Shown here one piece after another: positions 12,088-23,960 of a DNA stretch of 64,000 nucleotides. The stretch's first letter is position 1. The number at the start of each line of letters is the position of its first letter. The notes under the pieces were generated by a model that saw nothing but the letters and a program-made list of their open reading frames with translations, did not search any database and was not told where the DNA came from. The stretch comes from Chiloscyllium plagiosum (lineage: Eukaryota), in NCBI RefSeq assembly GCF_004010195.1, contig NC_057712.1:81428696-81492695 (forward strand), in the 5' to 3' direction. Position numbers and translations under genes: made by a program.

Positions 12088-13495
12088 GGAGCTCACCTTA
12101 TCGTCATGGCGCCAAAGCCAGATGGTACCCAACGGTTATGTGTGGACTATCGCAAAGTCAATGCTGTTACAGAGATAGAGCGCATGCTCCAAGATGGCAT
12201 AATCTAAGTGCGTTACAGTGAGTGGAGCTCACCTTATAGTCATGGCGCCAAAGCCAGATGGTACCCAACGGTTATGTGTGGACTATCGCAAAGTCAATGC
12301 TGTTACAAAGACAGTTAGAGGACTGTGTCTAAAAAATGGGACAAGCAACTTACATTTCTAAGTGGGACTTGCTCAGAGGCTACTGGCAAGTACCTATGTC
12401 AGAGAGAGCAAAGGCAATTTTGGCTTTTGTAACACCAAATGAACTATATCTGTTCAAAGTCATCCCAACTGGTATGAAAAACTTTTCAGAGACTGACTAA
12501 TAAGGTCATTGCCGGATTACTCAACTGTGTGATGTATATTGATGACCTGCTGATTTTTAGACACTTTTGGAAGGAACATTTACAGTGTTTATGAGACTTA
12601 TTCAATCAACTTCAGAAGGCAGGCTTGGTGGTAAACCTAGCTAAAAGGGAATTTGCCAAAGCCCAAGTCACCTTCCTGGACCATGTTATTGGACATGGAC
12701 AAATGGCCCCACGATGAGAAAATGAAAGTAATTGGGGATTTTCCACACTGTTGACAAAAACGCAGTACTATGGGATTGAGTGGATTTTACTGAAAGGTTG
12801 CGCCGAACTTAAGCAGTGTGGTTGTTCCACTCACCGAATTGTTAAAAAAGGGCAAGACGTTTCAGTGGACAGCAGACTGTCAAAAGGCATTTGACAGCAT
12901 AAAAACTGTGTTAACCTCTACCCCAGTATTAGCCACATTGGATTACACGAAGCCTTTCAAGGTGGCTTTCGATGCCAGTGATTTGGGTGTCAGTGCATTG
13001 CTCTTGCAGATGGATGACGAGGGAATAGAAAGACCCATCGGGTATTTTTCCAGGAAGTTGAACGGTCATCAACAGAAATATTCACCAGTGGAGAAAGAGA
13101 CTTTAAGCTCTTTACGACATTTCAGTGTTTATATTAACAGCATTGCATCTGAGACAATCATACACACTGATCATAACCCATTGACATTTATGGGATAATT
13201 TAAGGACAAAAATGCCAGACTGTTTAGGTGGAGCTTGTTGTTGCAGCCATTCAATTGTGCATGTGGCAGATTGTGAAAACGTGATTGCCATTGTGTTATT
13301 GAGACTCGAATGAGACACGGAGATGTTTGCTGGCAAGTGTGCCACAGCCTTAATTCGAATATGGTTGAGCATGTTTGCATGTGTACAGTTAGTATAATGT
13401 CTATGTGCGTTTAGGCTACTAACCGGGTCTTTGAATGTTTTTAAAAATAAAGCCATCTTTTGGTATTGATGGTTCATTTTTTTTAAGCGAGGTGG

Positions 13496-14123
13496 TGTCA
13501 CAAAGCTGATTTCTTTTTTCTCAAAGCTGTTCCTTTCCTCAAGAATACATGACCAGGTTTTTTTTCAGAGTGGTAATAAACAGCCCGTGGTGCCAAATAG
13601 ACTGGTTTGGTACAGAGATTAAAGCGTATTGAGAGGCCTTTTTGTTTATATGTAAACAGATGAGACTTCAGGCCAAACTGGTCATGTTTTAGAAGTGACC
13701 TGTAGAATGAAAAGGGAGTGGTCAGCTCTCTAGCTGAGCAGTTTATATCAATCCAGAACTAGTTGGGAGTTCAACAGTGAGCTGTGTGGAAACAAACTCT
13801 CTCTCTCTACCCTTTTCACTTCAACCTGTAAACATCTGTTCTATTTATACTGGTTTTCAGGGGGTTTGCTTATTGGGACTGTTGTTTATATTTGGAACAG
13901 CATAATTAAGTCAAGTTTGGATAGGCTGAACTCTGTAGGGTTTTTTTTGTGTTTCATTGTGTAATTTTGTGAATAAATTTCTGTCTGTTTTAAAATCTAG
14001 AAGTAGACCTAGCTACCTCACTCTGGGTAATTTTCACTGTACACTTACCGAAACAAATTGCAAAGTTATGGTCTGGGCTGCCTGCTTAAGAACGTTTTGA
14101 GTGGTCTGGCATAGTTCATAACA
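13496..14123 (+). repeat. 3' LTR (628 bp), preceded by a degenerate polypurine tract AAGCGAGGTGG
   Basis: TGTCACAAAGCTG...GTTCATAACA; direct repeat of 7613-8252. Confidence 0.95.
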
Positions 14124-15060
14124 CCTATCTGCTCTCTGTTTAGTGTCTGTTAGCCAATCTTTAATTTATGGCAGTGCATTGTCTGCTATCTCATTTGCTA
14201 ACCAACCTCCTGCAGGAAATCTTATCAAAAGCCTTCTGAAAATCCATTGTCCATCAACTCTCCTTTCCCAGTTTTGTTCATAACCTCCTCAAAAAAAGTC
14301 CAACAGGTTCATCATACGTGATTTTCCTTTTGCAGCTCCTTGTTGACTGTGCCCAATCAGATCATTATTATGCAAATAGCATTTATCATTCTTGCATTTT
14401 CCTTTCTAGAGATATAAGGCCAGCAGGTCTATAGTTCCCTGTTTTCTCTTTTTTGTTCACCTCTTAAGAATGGGGTAACATTTACTATTTTACAAACTAC
14501 AAGAATCATTCCAGAATTTGTAGAATTTTAAAGATGATCACTTATAGATCAACTATTGCAATAGTCATCCCCTTCAGCACTCTGGGATGTAAAATATCCC
14601 TCCTGGAGATTTAATGACTTTCAGCTTGATTAATTTCTCCAGGGAAACATTCGTACGATTGCTAATGCTAATTTCCTTCAATTCCTCATTCTTCTTAATC
14701 ACTTGCATCTCTAATTCTGGGACAGTTCTTATACCTTCTTCAGTGAAAACTGAAACAAACTAGTTATTTAGCTTCTCTGAATTTCTCTATTTCCCATTCA
14801 AATCCGTCTGTAATAGACCTTCATTTGTATTAGCCAAATGTGTTCTTTTCACACACATATAAACATTTCTATAGTCTGTTTTCATGTTTTTGCTATATTG
14901 CCTTCATTTTCTATACTCTCCTTACTTTTTAGTTTCTTCGTCCTCCGTTGTATTCTAGAAACCTCCCAATTCTCAGATTTACAAATATTTTGACCACTTT
15001 ATTAGCCTTCCTTTAAATGTTATACACTATTAAACATCCTTTGTCAGCTATGTTGGGTTG
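14124..15060 (-). mobile_element. Degenerate CR1 LINE, part right of the LTR insertion
   Basis: Resumes the CR1 RT broken at 7612 (CTTATCAAAAGCCTTCTGAAAATCCA = reverse of DFQKAFDK; GGCCAGCAGGTCTATAGTTCCCTG = reverse of GNYRPAGL). Confidence 0.8.
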
Positions 15061-16046
15061 TTGCACTTTGTAATATTCTGACCGGCCCATACTTGCTCTC
15101 TGCAAAACAATATTCTGACAAATTTCCCATTATTCTGGTTTCATTACTTTAATACTTCCACAACTGCCATGAAATTTTACTGCATCACCCAAGTGGCATT
15201 CATGTAACTATTCTTTCTTAACATGTTGATGTAGTTTATGCTTCACTAGCTTTCTAAATGAGGACAATACCATTGCAAATTATAATGTTCTGTGTTTTTT
15301 CACAAAAGGAGTGAAAATTAAGAAATAGTGAAATGGTAACAAGAGAGTTAAGACCATGCTGAAAATTTGTTGGATTTTGTTCATAACTTGTGTATGTTGT
15401 TTCCTGATGGTGATGCAAGTTTTGAAGTTGTCATTTATGGTTCACAGTGTGTGGCTTGTCTTCTCAGGCTTGATAAGACAGTTTTCCTGCATGAAGCAAA
15501 TTAAAGCACTTTCACAGCAAATTAGGCACAGCATGAGAATACAGCATAGGGGGAAAGTAGACCTTGAATTTTCTCAAACATCTCACACTTGTATTTATGA
15601 AAAATTGAATGTACTACTTTATCAGTTACTAGTGTGATCTGCATCCATTTGCTTTAAAACTTTCGAAATATGATATCCTAAAGCTCTTTTGGAATAGATA
15701 TTCTTCACTATCCAGGAGCCAAAGGTTTACTTTGTAATGCAGATGTGATGGTCAAGCAAAATGAGACTACTTCCTAATGAGGCCTTTACAATTCTTTTAC
15801 CTAATGTGCTTCAGCCAATTTTACAAACAAATTAAATGATACTGTTTACACTATGCATTGATGTGAAGCTAAAGTATCTTCCTATTCGCATAAGCTGCAA
15901 TGTTACTTATGTCAGTGTAAACCATTGCTTGTTGTGGCCGTGTAAAGTTCATTTTGTGAGGGTGTACTACCAATGGCTCACCCAACATTCTTGAATAATT
16001 GGAAGCCCTGTACATTAAATGCTCACAATCACATTGAGTGGAGGTA

Positions 16047-16208
16047 AAATCAAAATGTGCTGGAAATACTCAGCAGGTCCGGCGAAGAGAGAAACAGTTA
16101 ACATTTCAGATCATTGATCTTGCTTGGCCTATTTCTCTGCTCTATTCTGTTGTTCACTTCACAAATGCTGCCTGACCTCTTGAGTGCTTCCAGCATTTTG
16201 TGTTTTCA
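16047..16208. mobile_element. Old foldback Penelope-like pLTR remnant
   Basis: Inverted arms CAAAATGTGCTGGAAATACTCAGCAGGTC and GACCTCTTGAGTGCTTCCAGCATTTTG; contains the family motif ATGCTGCCTGACCT. Confidence 0.65.
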
Positions 16209-18220
16209 AATTAACCACATTATTTTGCTTTTGTCCCATTATTTGAGATGTGCTTTCAATTTGAGACTCTTTCAATATATTAGAATGCAGTGATAGTGAT
16301 AATTCATGTTTCATAAGGGTATTACTTTTTGTGGAAGGTAAGGGTCAATATGTACTGAATTTGAAGGGTTGACCATTAACAAGTATGTCTGATTTACATA
16401 CAGAGACTTAGGTCCACTGGTCCCATGTGGGACAATAGGCTGCGAGTCTCGGACACCAGTCATAATAACTTGCAATCTCTTTGGCTCCAACCCAGGCGGA
16501 GTCCCACTCATAGAGGGGTTCCTTAAATGTACTTTGTAAGGTTTTATTTCGCTAGCCTAGTTTATTTTCTCATTGATGGTCCTTCCATTGCCACTTATGT
16601 GGGACATATGTCAATGAGGTTAAATCTGTGTCCCCTGTAAGACTCAGTCACTTGTCTGTCATGATATATAGTAGGTGCCTCTGACAAGTCCTGTGTAGCA
16701 TGTTTTCATTGGTAATATTCTCTCTCTAAACATAGACAAAGCTGGTGGAAAATGTCTAATTTATGTGACACCTTTGTGGTACTCTTCCATGTTTTGTTGC
16801 ATAGATTGCAGTTGGCACCACAATAATCACTCAAAATCATAGATTCGTGGTTATGTTGTTGGTGCTGAATATCAAGACCATCTGAAGTTACAATGATCAT
16901 CACAGAAGTACAGCCAGGCTGCACAGTCTCCCCCATTCTTTTTCCTCTTGGTTATTGATTTCTTTATGAGGAAGGTTTTGGTGGGTGATGATCCATCCTG
17001 TGACAATACCATTGATTAACAAAGCAGGGTTTCACAGACTGTATTAGCTTATAGGCCATTTACCACAACCAATCCTGAGCAAGCGTACTGATCTTAAGAG
17101 TAGCAGAGCCAATGTTGGTCCAGGCATCAGCTGTGAGAAGAGCAAGATGAGACTGATGAGGACTTTATCATCACCATTGAGGAACTGAACCTTGGATGTT
17201 GACCACCTCCCTTGCCTAGTAAGCAACATTTCTGGGGGCTGATGCAGAGATAGATATCCATTGGGAGTTGACAAAGCATATCTGATCTGCAACAAACATT
17301 AGAGACATCCATTCTCTAATTCCTGCTCATATTTAGATCAGCAAGTCCTCCAACACAGCTATGGTTAAATTTTGATTTTTTTTTAACACAAAAATGGCCA
17401 CTATGATCCATCTGTGCATATCAGTCCCTGGTTACATCATTCCCTGAAGAGAAACATCCAGTCTTCAATTAGAGCTTAGCATACTTCACTGAAACTAAGG
17501 AACTAGATCAAATCTAGTCTACCTATTAAATATGGACTGGGAAACTAATTTTTTGCCACCAAACTATTTTTCTTAAACTCTGGCATGATTCCATTTTGTG
17601 CTATTACCCTGTGGAGTATTACTGTTAATAAAATTGTGAATCAGTTAACCTTGTTGCAATTGAGAGAACGGAACAGTCCTGTTCAAATCTATTGCTAATG
17701 CTGTCCTTTAAGGAATGTGCTAATCCCTCCTAGTGGTGGCATTACCCCTTAACACAGCCAGGAAGCATGCATACTGGCATAGCAATACTTAAAAATCTAA
17801 ATACCAAATATGACACTATTCCAAGAGGTGTCACTCTGCTTTTCATTCTCTAATACCTGCATCACTTACTTTTGGGAATTGAACGAGGCAGCATGGATCT
17901 GCAAAAGGATCAAGAACTCCAAGGATAGAAATATATGCTATAGCTCCTGACAAGTTTCAGATAATCAAAGGTTGTTGACTGTGCATTTGCTTGACATGAG
18001 TGCCTGTCAGTGAGAGGTACTACATTCCCCAACTCCAAGAAGCAAGCAAAAAGACCAAGCAGGATATGCATTTCAGGCTTTCTGCAGAGTGAGTGCCCCA
18101 CCCATTGCTGGCTGAATACTAGGGCTGATGGCAAGTTGGCATTTATAGCCTACTTAAGGGCCTTAATAGGCAATGAGACAGGAAGGTTGTCTAGGCAATT
18201 TGCCAGACCAGAGTAATAGG

Positions 18221-18401
18221 TAAGCAAGCAGGAAGCTGGGAGAACACAGCAAGCCAGGCAGCATCAGGATGTGGAGAAGATGATGTATCAGGTGTAACCC
18301 TTCTGAAGAAACGTCGACTTCTCCACCTCCAGATATAGCCTGGCTTGCTGTGTTCTTGTCTACCTTGGATTCCAGCATCTGCAGTATTTTTTGTCTCAGA
18401 T
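18221..18401 (+). mobile_element. Foldback Penelope-like pLTR element, TSD GTAATAGG
   Basis: Perfect inverted arms AGAACACAGCAAGCCAGGC / GCCTGGCTTGCTGTGTTCT; central CTGAAGAAACGTCG; tail GATTCCAGCATCTGCAG. GTAATAGG at 18213-18220 and 18402-18409. Confidence 0.8.
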
Positions 18402-19206
18402 GTAATAGGGGCAGAGACAGAAACACAGTGAGACCCACATGGCTTTTCTCAACTTATTAAAGGCCTTCCATCTATAGGCACATATTGGGGAAATCATTCA
18501 ATTTTAGCAATGTTTCACATCTGTAACATTTCAGCAAATTTTCAGCATGAATGAATACAATTTTGCTTTTGCACAAGCTGATGTCTATTCATCTAGATTC
18601 TGTAGAAAATATATGAGTTACCATGAAATATGTACCCAAAAGGGTCCTTGTATTTCATTCTATTGTGACCTGTCTGATGAAAACACGTACATTTTTTGCA
18701 AGAGATTCATAGATGGTTTTCAGCAATTGACAAAAAGATGCTATCAAAAATGTACACATAATTGCTGAATGTTAATGGTAGAGATGTTGCAGAAACAACA
18801 CTACTCCCTCACAGACAGCACTTACTTCCTTAATCTGAGAAAAAGGAAATATTTGGATTGTAGAATTTTACTCATTATTAAATGCTGCTGGTAGACTGTA
18901 CTGATCATACCAGTGTTTGTTTCTCAACTGATGTGGAGCAATGTATGGCTGCACCTGGAGAATTAGGATTCTTGAGAGCAAAGAAGAGGCTAATTGGTGC
19001 AAATAACTGGTGTACAAGGTGTTTGGGACTGAAAGGGTTAATGCTAAGCAGTGCATTAATGTCTACCCTATGTGATTATGTCGAAGGGACTTTGGTGGGA
19101 GCACAATTGTCGATTTCAAAAAGAGACAGAACTACCAGCTATCCCTTCTTGTAGTTTTCTTAATAGCTGTATCCTTTGATTTAAATGTCCAATTGCTTTC
19201 CAATTC

Positions 19207-19290
19207 AAAAAACAGAAAGTACTGGAAAAAGGTCTGGCAGCTATTGTGCAGAGAAAAATAGAGTTAATGTTTCCAGTTCAGTGACCCTTC
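19207..19290 (-). mobile_element. Old Penelope-like pLTR remnant
   Basis: AAACAGAAAGTACTGGAAAAAGGTCTGGCAGC...GAGTTAATGTTTCCAGTTCAGTGACCCTTC resembles the reverse complement of the copies at 33770 and 56178. Confidence 0.5.
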
Positions 19291-20310
19291 CGATGGTTGG
19301 AGTCAATCCTAGCAAAAAGGAAGAAGACTGTTATTGTTGAAGGCCACCATCTAATCGCAGGACATCACTTCATGAATTTATAAGTGTAGTGTCCAAGGCC
19401 CAATCATTTTTAGCTGTTTCATCAATGTCCTTCCCTCCATGATGAAGTCAGAAATGTGGATCTTCACTGATGTTTGCACAATGTTCAGTAGCATTCGTGA
19501 CTCCTCCGATATTGAAATAGTCTGTGCCCATATGCAGCAAGACCTGGTCAACATCCAGGCTTGGAGAAATGGCAAATAATATTCATGCCACACAAATGCT
19601 AGACATTGACTATCACCAAAAAGAGGGAATCCAACATTGCCCTTGTCGCATACAATAGCATTACCATTGCTGAATTGTTCACTATCAATACCCTGTGGTT
19701 ACACTTGACCAGAAATTGAATTGGACTGGTCTTTAAAGTCTTGTGACAACAAGAGTAGGGGAGCAACTGGGAACGCTGCAGTGTTAATCTTAACTGCTGG
19801 CTCCCCAAAGTCTGTACACCATCTTTAAGGCACAAGTTAGGGATGTAATGGAGTACTCTCCACTTGCCTGAATGAGTGCAGCTCCAGCAATAGGCAAGAA
19901 ACTCAACATCATCTAACACAGATCAGCTTGCTTGATTGATAGTTCAACATTCACTCCGTCCAACCTCAATGCATAGTGGCTGTAGTACATACATCAAGGA
20001 GATGCACTATAACAATTCACCTTTCAAACCTAAATTTCTGCCAAGTCGAAAAACAAGGGTAGCAGATACATATGAACACCACTGCCAGGAGTTTCCCCTC
20101 TAAACTACATGCTATCCTGACTTGGAAGTATAACCCTGTTCCTTCACTGTTGCTGAGTGAAAGTCCTGGAACTCTCTTCCTTATAGCACTCTGGAGTCCC
20201 TACACCTTGCAGTGGTTCAGGAAGGGAAGCCCATCACCACCTTCTGAAAGAGTTGGAAAATATATATAGGCCTCACCAGTGACGTTATATCTCACGACTA
20301 AATAACAAAG
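19291..20310 (+). mobile_element. Degenerate CR1-clade LINE (RT and 3' end), same family as the LINE hosting the tandem array
   Basis: Remnants WLESILAKRK, GPIIFSCFINVLPSMMKSEMWIFTDVCTMFSSIRDSSDIEIVCAHMQQDLVNIQAW, IFKAQVRDVMEYSPLA. Matches SCFINDLSSNARSDTGMFVD...IQAW at ~49400-49550. Confidence 0.85.
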
Positions 20311-22939
20311 AATTCTTTAGCTCTGGAATCTTGCATCTAAAATTCTCTGTCCTCTCTGTTTGGCTATCCCAAAAGTCTAACTTGCTGGTAGGAACTTCTC
20401 AGTTAAATTCTGCTAGCCAGCATACTGAATTTCAACAAGCTCTGCTGGAAAGAGAAAACACTTACTTTGCAGCCGTATTGTTCTTAAAATGAAAATTTTA
20501 CTTGAGACCAGGACCAATATATTCTCAATATATTCTCCCCCAGTAATTAACTCCTAGTTGACCTGTTTGTAATTTTACCTTCCATGCAATTTTGTCACAT
20601 GAGCCTTTACTGGAAGCCACTTGCTTCACCAGAGATCTAGGTTTACTTCTAATTAAGTTCCCAAAGATTTTTTGTCCAAAGTATGTGAACTATCACACTG
20701 GAAATGATCCCCACTTGAATCCAGCTGTCGCCCTCTGGCAATAGTTTTCCCTCTTGGCAATCAGCCAGGCTTTCATTTGGCTAAAGCCAGGCATAAATGA
20801 GAAGAAAGTGAGGTCATTCCATTAACTTTGGCAGCATGGACATATCCCCAGATGTGCTGGATAGTTCCTGTGCCCATCCCTCTTATAAATATCACATCCT
20901 TTATGCAAATCTAAAGGGAACTAGATATTAACAGGAAAAAGAATTATTATAGAATGAACTTTAGGAGGACAGTGGGATTAGACCAACAGGGACAGTTTTT
21001 GTCTTAGTCAGGAGCAACAAATTGCCTCTCTGTTGCAGAACACATCCAATTTTCATTTCACAGAGGTGAAAAAAAATCAATTTTGTTAAATAAGCACCTT
21101 TATTGAGGCACGTTATCAAAGTATATAAAATGTCATTACAATTTTGATATCTTAGCTGAAATTATTTCACCATTTATCCTAGATTAGACCGGATAGTTGA
21201 GCACCCTTGGACATGCCAGTAATATGCTCAATGATCACTGGTGGATGAATGGATCTGGCATTTGCAGCTGAAAAAAGGGCAATGATGTCATTAACAATGG
21301 CTATGGACTATAAATTCAATCTCCCAGAAGTAAAAGAATGCTGCCACATTCAGCATTCACTTACATTACAATTTTAAATGAGCTTCTCATGGAGAGAGAG
21401 AGCTGGTGTTGATGTGATGTATTCCCACATGAGTGAAACCCATTAGTTTTTGACAGTGTGGAATTCTGTTGTGCTATAAAATTGGGATGTTACTCATGGT
21501 TGTTCATGATGAAAGAGATGAGCAATTATGCTTTGCCTAAGGCATCTGTACAAAGGTGCTTGGCTCACCTTACAAATATCTCAAGCAGAAGCCAGCTCTG
21601 AGCCTGCAGAATAGAAATAAAGTTTGATTTGGGGTGAATGGGATAGATGATGAAATTGGTAGAGCTAAGCAATGCTCTTTAGTCAAATGTAGGTAGGAGA
21701 GGCTCTGAACATATATTCAAAGGTACTAATGGGTGGGTGCCATGTGTCAGGAATACAGTCTAACATCTCTCAGTTACATGTTATTCTCCATTTTCCAAAG
21801 GGAAAGCAAATGGTGCCCTGTAAGAAATAAAAGCAACAAAGAATGTCTTCTTGGCAATTTGCATTTTTAAAAAAATGACAAAACAGTTGACAAAAGCAAA
21901 ACATGTAACCAAACGTTACTGAGAAGTAAACTCTAAGTTCACCTGTAAAGATTCAGTTAAAGCCCCTTCAAATTCTTTGTGGCACTGAACACCCAGCTAC
22001 CTCTTTCACATGGGGAATGAATTTGGATGAACATAAATGATGTGAATATGTTAGAAAATGAGATTTATGATGTTAAGTTATTATTGTTCTTGCAATTTGT
22101 GACTCCCTGTTCAAAAATTCAGAATAAGATCAGAAAATGGAATGAGCATGAAAGTAGCTGTTGATCCTGCCTGTGATATTTAATTGAGGTGATGGGGGTC
22201 ACAATCCTGAGTAGCAAGCTGGCAAAAGCCCAGGACTGCCTCCATTGTGGAATAATACGCCTTCCAGGATTCAGGACCCCAGAGGTGGGACGAGGGCAGG
22301 AATGAGGTAGAAACTCCATCACTGAGAGTTGCTAGCCAGTTATAGGTAGAGTTAGTTGAAGATATTAGCAGGAAGAGTGACGGCAGCCATCCAGGGAAAG
22401 GCTGAAGATGATCAAAGAATGCAGGCCACAGAAAAATGAAAGGTCATGAGGCGGGGGTCGTGGGTCAGAAGCTGTGATAGGGTGACTGCTGTTAGACTGT
22501 ACTCTCAGGCTCAAATATCTGGCAGTGATTAAGAAACACAGCCTCTAGAGGTTCAGATTTTGTAGGAAAACTGTTACAGGTCTTTACTATCTGTTGCAAG
22601 AAAAAGTGTCAACAAAATGAAAGAGAGTTAGTACTGCCAACAGTTGTTGAGATGAGCAATGCGTTCAGTTTCTAAAACTTTGGCTGTCAATATGTTGCTA
22701 CAGGAATAGTAGCTTGTTCGTTTCACACTGATGTATTTATGAGTCCATTATGCAGCAGAGCCAATGGTCCAGATCTTCCTGTTTCCAGATCATGAGAGAC
22801 CAGATGGACCCCACAAGGAGACATGTCAGAACTCCTTGGAAGTCCAGAGAAACTGACAATGTGGGAGTTACCCATGAATTTTAACTTCTATTGGTCAATT
22901 ACCCTGAGTCCAGAGCACTCTGAAAAGGGCTACAACTCT

Positions 22940-23960
22940 GAGTTATAGAGTACAGTATGGAAACTGACCCTTTGGTCCAACTCGCCCATGCCGACCAGAT
23001 ATCCAAATTCATCTAGTCCCATTTGCCCAGCGTCTGGCCCATATTCCCTAAATCCTTCCTATTCATATACCCATCCAGATGCCCTTTAAATGTTTTAATT
23101 GCATTAGCCTCCATGCTTCCTCTGGGAGCTTATTCCACACACACACCACCCATTGAGTGAAAATGCCCCTTGGAATCCTTGTAAATCTTTCCTCTCAGAC
23201 CTTAGTCCTATACCCTCTAGGTTTGGACTCCCTACCTTGTGGAAAAGACCTTGACTGTTCACCCTATCCATGCCCCTTAAGATGTTATAAATGCTGTAAG
23301 GTCACCCCTCAGCTTCCAACGCTCCAGGAAAAATAGCCCCAGTCTATTCAGCTTCTCCCTACACTCAGGCCCTCCAACCCTGGTAACCTCTTTGTAAATC
23401 TTTTTGGAACCCTTTCAAGTTTCAGAACATTCTTTTTTAGATATTCCCTGCACTGTGGGAACAAGCCCTTCGGCCCCACAAGTCCACACCAATCCTCTGA
23501 AGAGTAACCCACCCAGACCAATTTCCCTTTGACTAATGCACCTCGCACTATGGGCAATTTAGTGTGGCCAATTCACCTGACCTGCATATCTTCGGATTGT
23601 GGGAGGAAACCCACACAGACACAGGGAGAATGTGCAAACTCCATACAGACAGTCACCCAAGGCTGGAATCGAACTTGGGCCCCTTGTGCTGTGAGGCAGC
23701 AGTGTTAACCACTGAGGCACCATGCTGCCCTATAGTAGGAAGACCAGAATTGAATGCAGTATTCCAAATGTGGCCTTACCAATGTACAGTCACAACATGA
23801 CCTACCAACTGCTATATTTCATGCACTGACCAATAAAAACAAGCTTACCAAATGTGTTCCTTACTGCCGACCTGCAACTCTACATTCAAGGAACTAAGAA
23901 CCAGCACAATGAGTTTTCTTTGTTTGGCAACACTCCCAGGACTTTATCATTAAGAGTATA
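22940..23960 (-). mobile_element. CR1/HER1-type LINE 3' portion interrupted by an HE1 SINE
   Basis: Minus strand LKLERVPKRFTKRLPGLEGLS and LVRPHLEYCIQFW; tail TACAGTATGGAAACTGACCCTTTGGTCCAAC. Confidence 0.85.
23435..23730 (-). mobile_element. Full-length HE1-type V-SINE
   Basis: Reverse complement of the 1695-2009 copy, from GGGCAGCATGGTGCCTCAGTGG (A box) and GTTCGATTCC (B box) through the V-domain to the tail. Confidence 0.9.

Larger units (their letters stand above)
9650..13310 (+). pseudogene. pol: pol pseudogene (protease, integrase, reverse transcriptase, RNase H)
   Basis: PR ILRDTGSSQS; INT AHELPLGGHLGVRKT...YFYWPG, PFTRVLIDWVDPLP, STAYHLESQGVLERWHQTLKTTLRAY, FSGPYQIERKLSEMNYLI; RT PKPDGTQRLCVDYRKVNAVT, DLLRGYWQVP, YIDDLLIF; RH KPFKVAFDASDLGVSALLLQ...RPIGYFSRKLNGHQQKYSPVEKE. 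Confidence 0.9.
7613..14123 (+). mobile_element. Full-length decayed Ty3/Gypsy LTR retrotransposon, Gmr1-like (gag-PR-INT-RT-RNaseH order)
   Basis: Two TG...CA LTRs (7613-8252, 13496-14123) and a 4-bp TSD CCTA (7609-7612, 14124-14127). Domains in order: SCAN-like capsid, CCHC knuckle CFHCNKVGHTKLQC (~9460-9501), protease ILRDTGSSQS (DTG 9731-9739), integrase ~10430-11550, RT YIDD (12535-12546), RNase H DASDLG...DHNPL (~12950-13200). Many stops and frameshifts. Confidence 0.95.

Noticed and set aside
16300-17330. Gypsy protease or integrase remnants on the minus strand (ILVNGQPFKF; IVTSDG)
   Set aside because: The matches are too short and their order is unclear. Possibly real but not supportable without a search.
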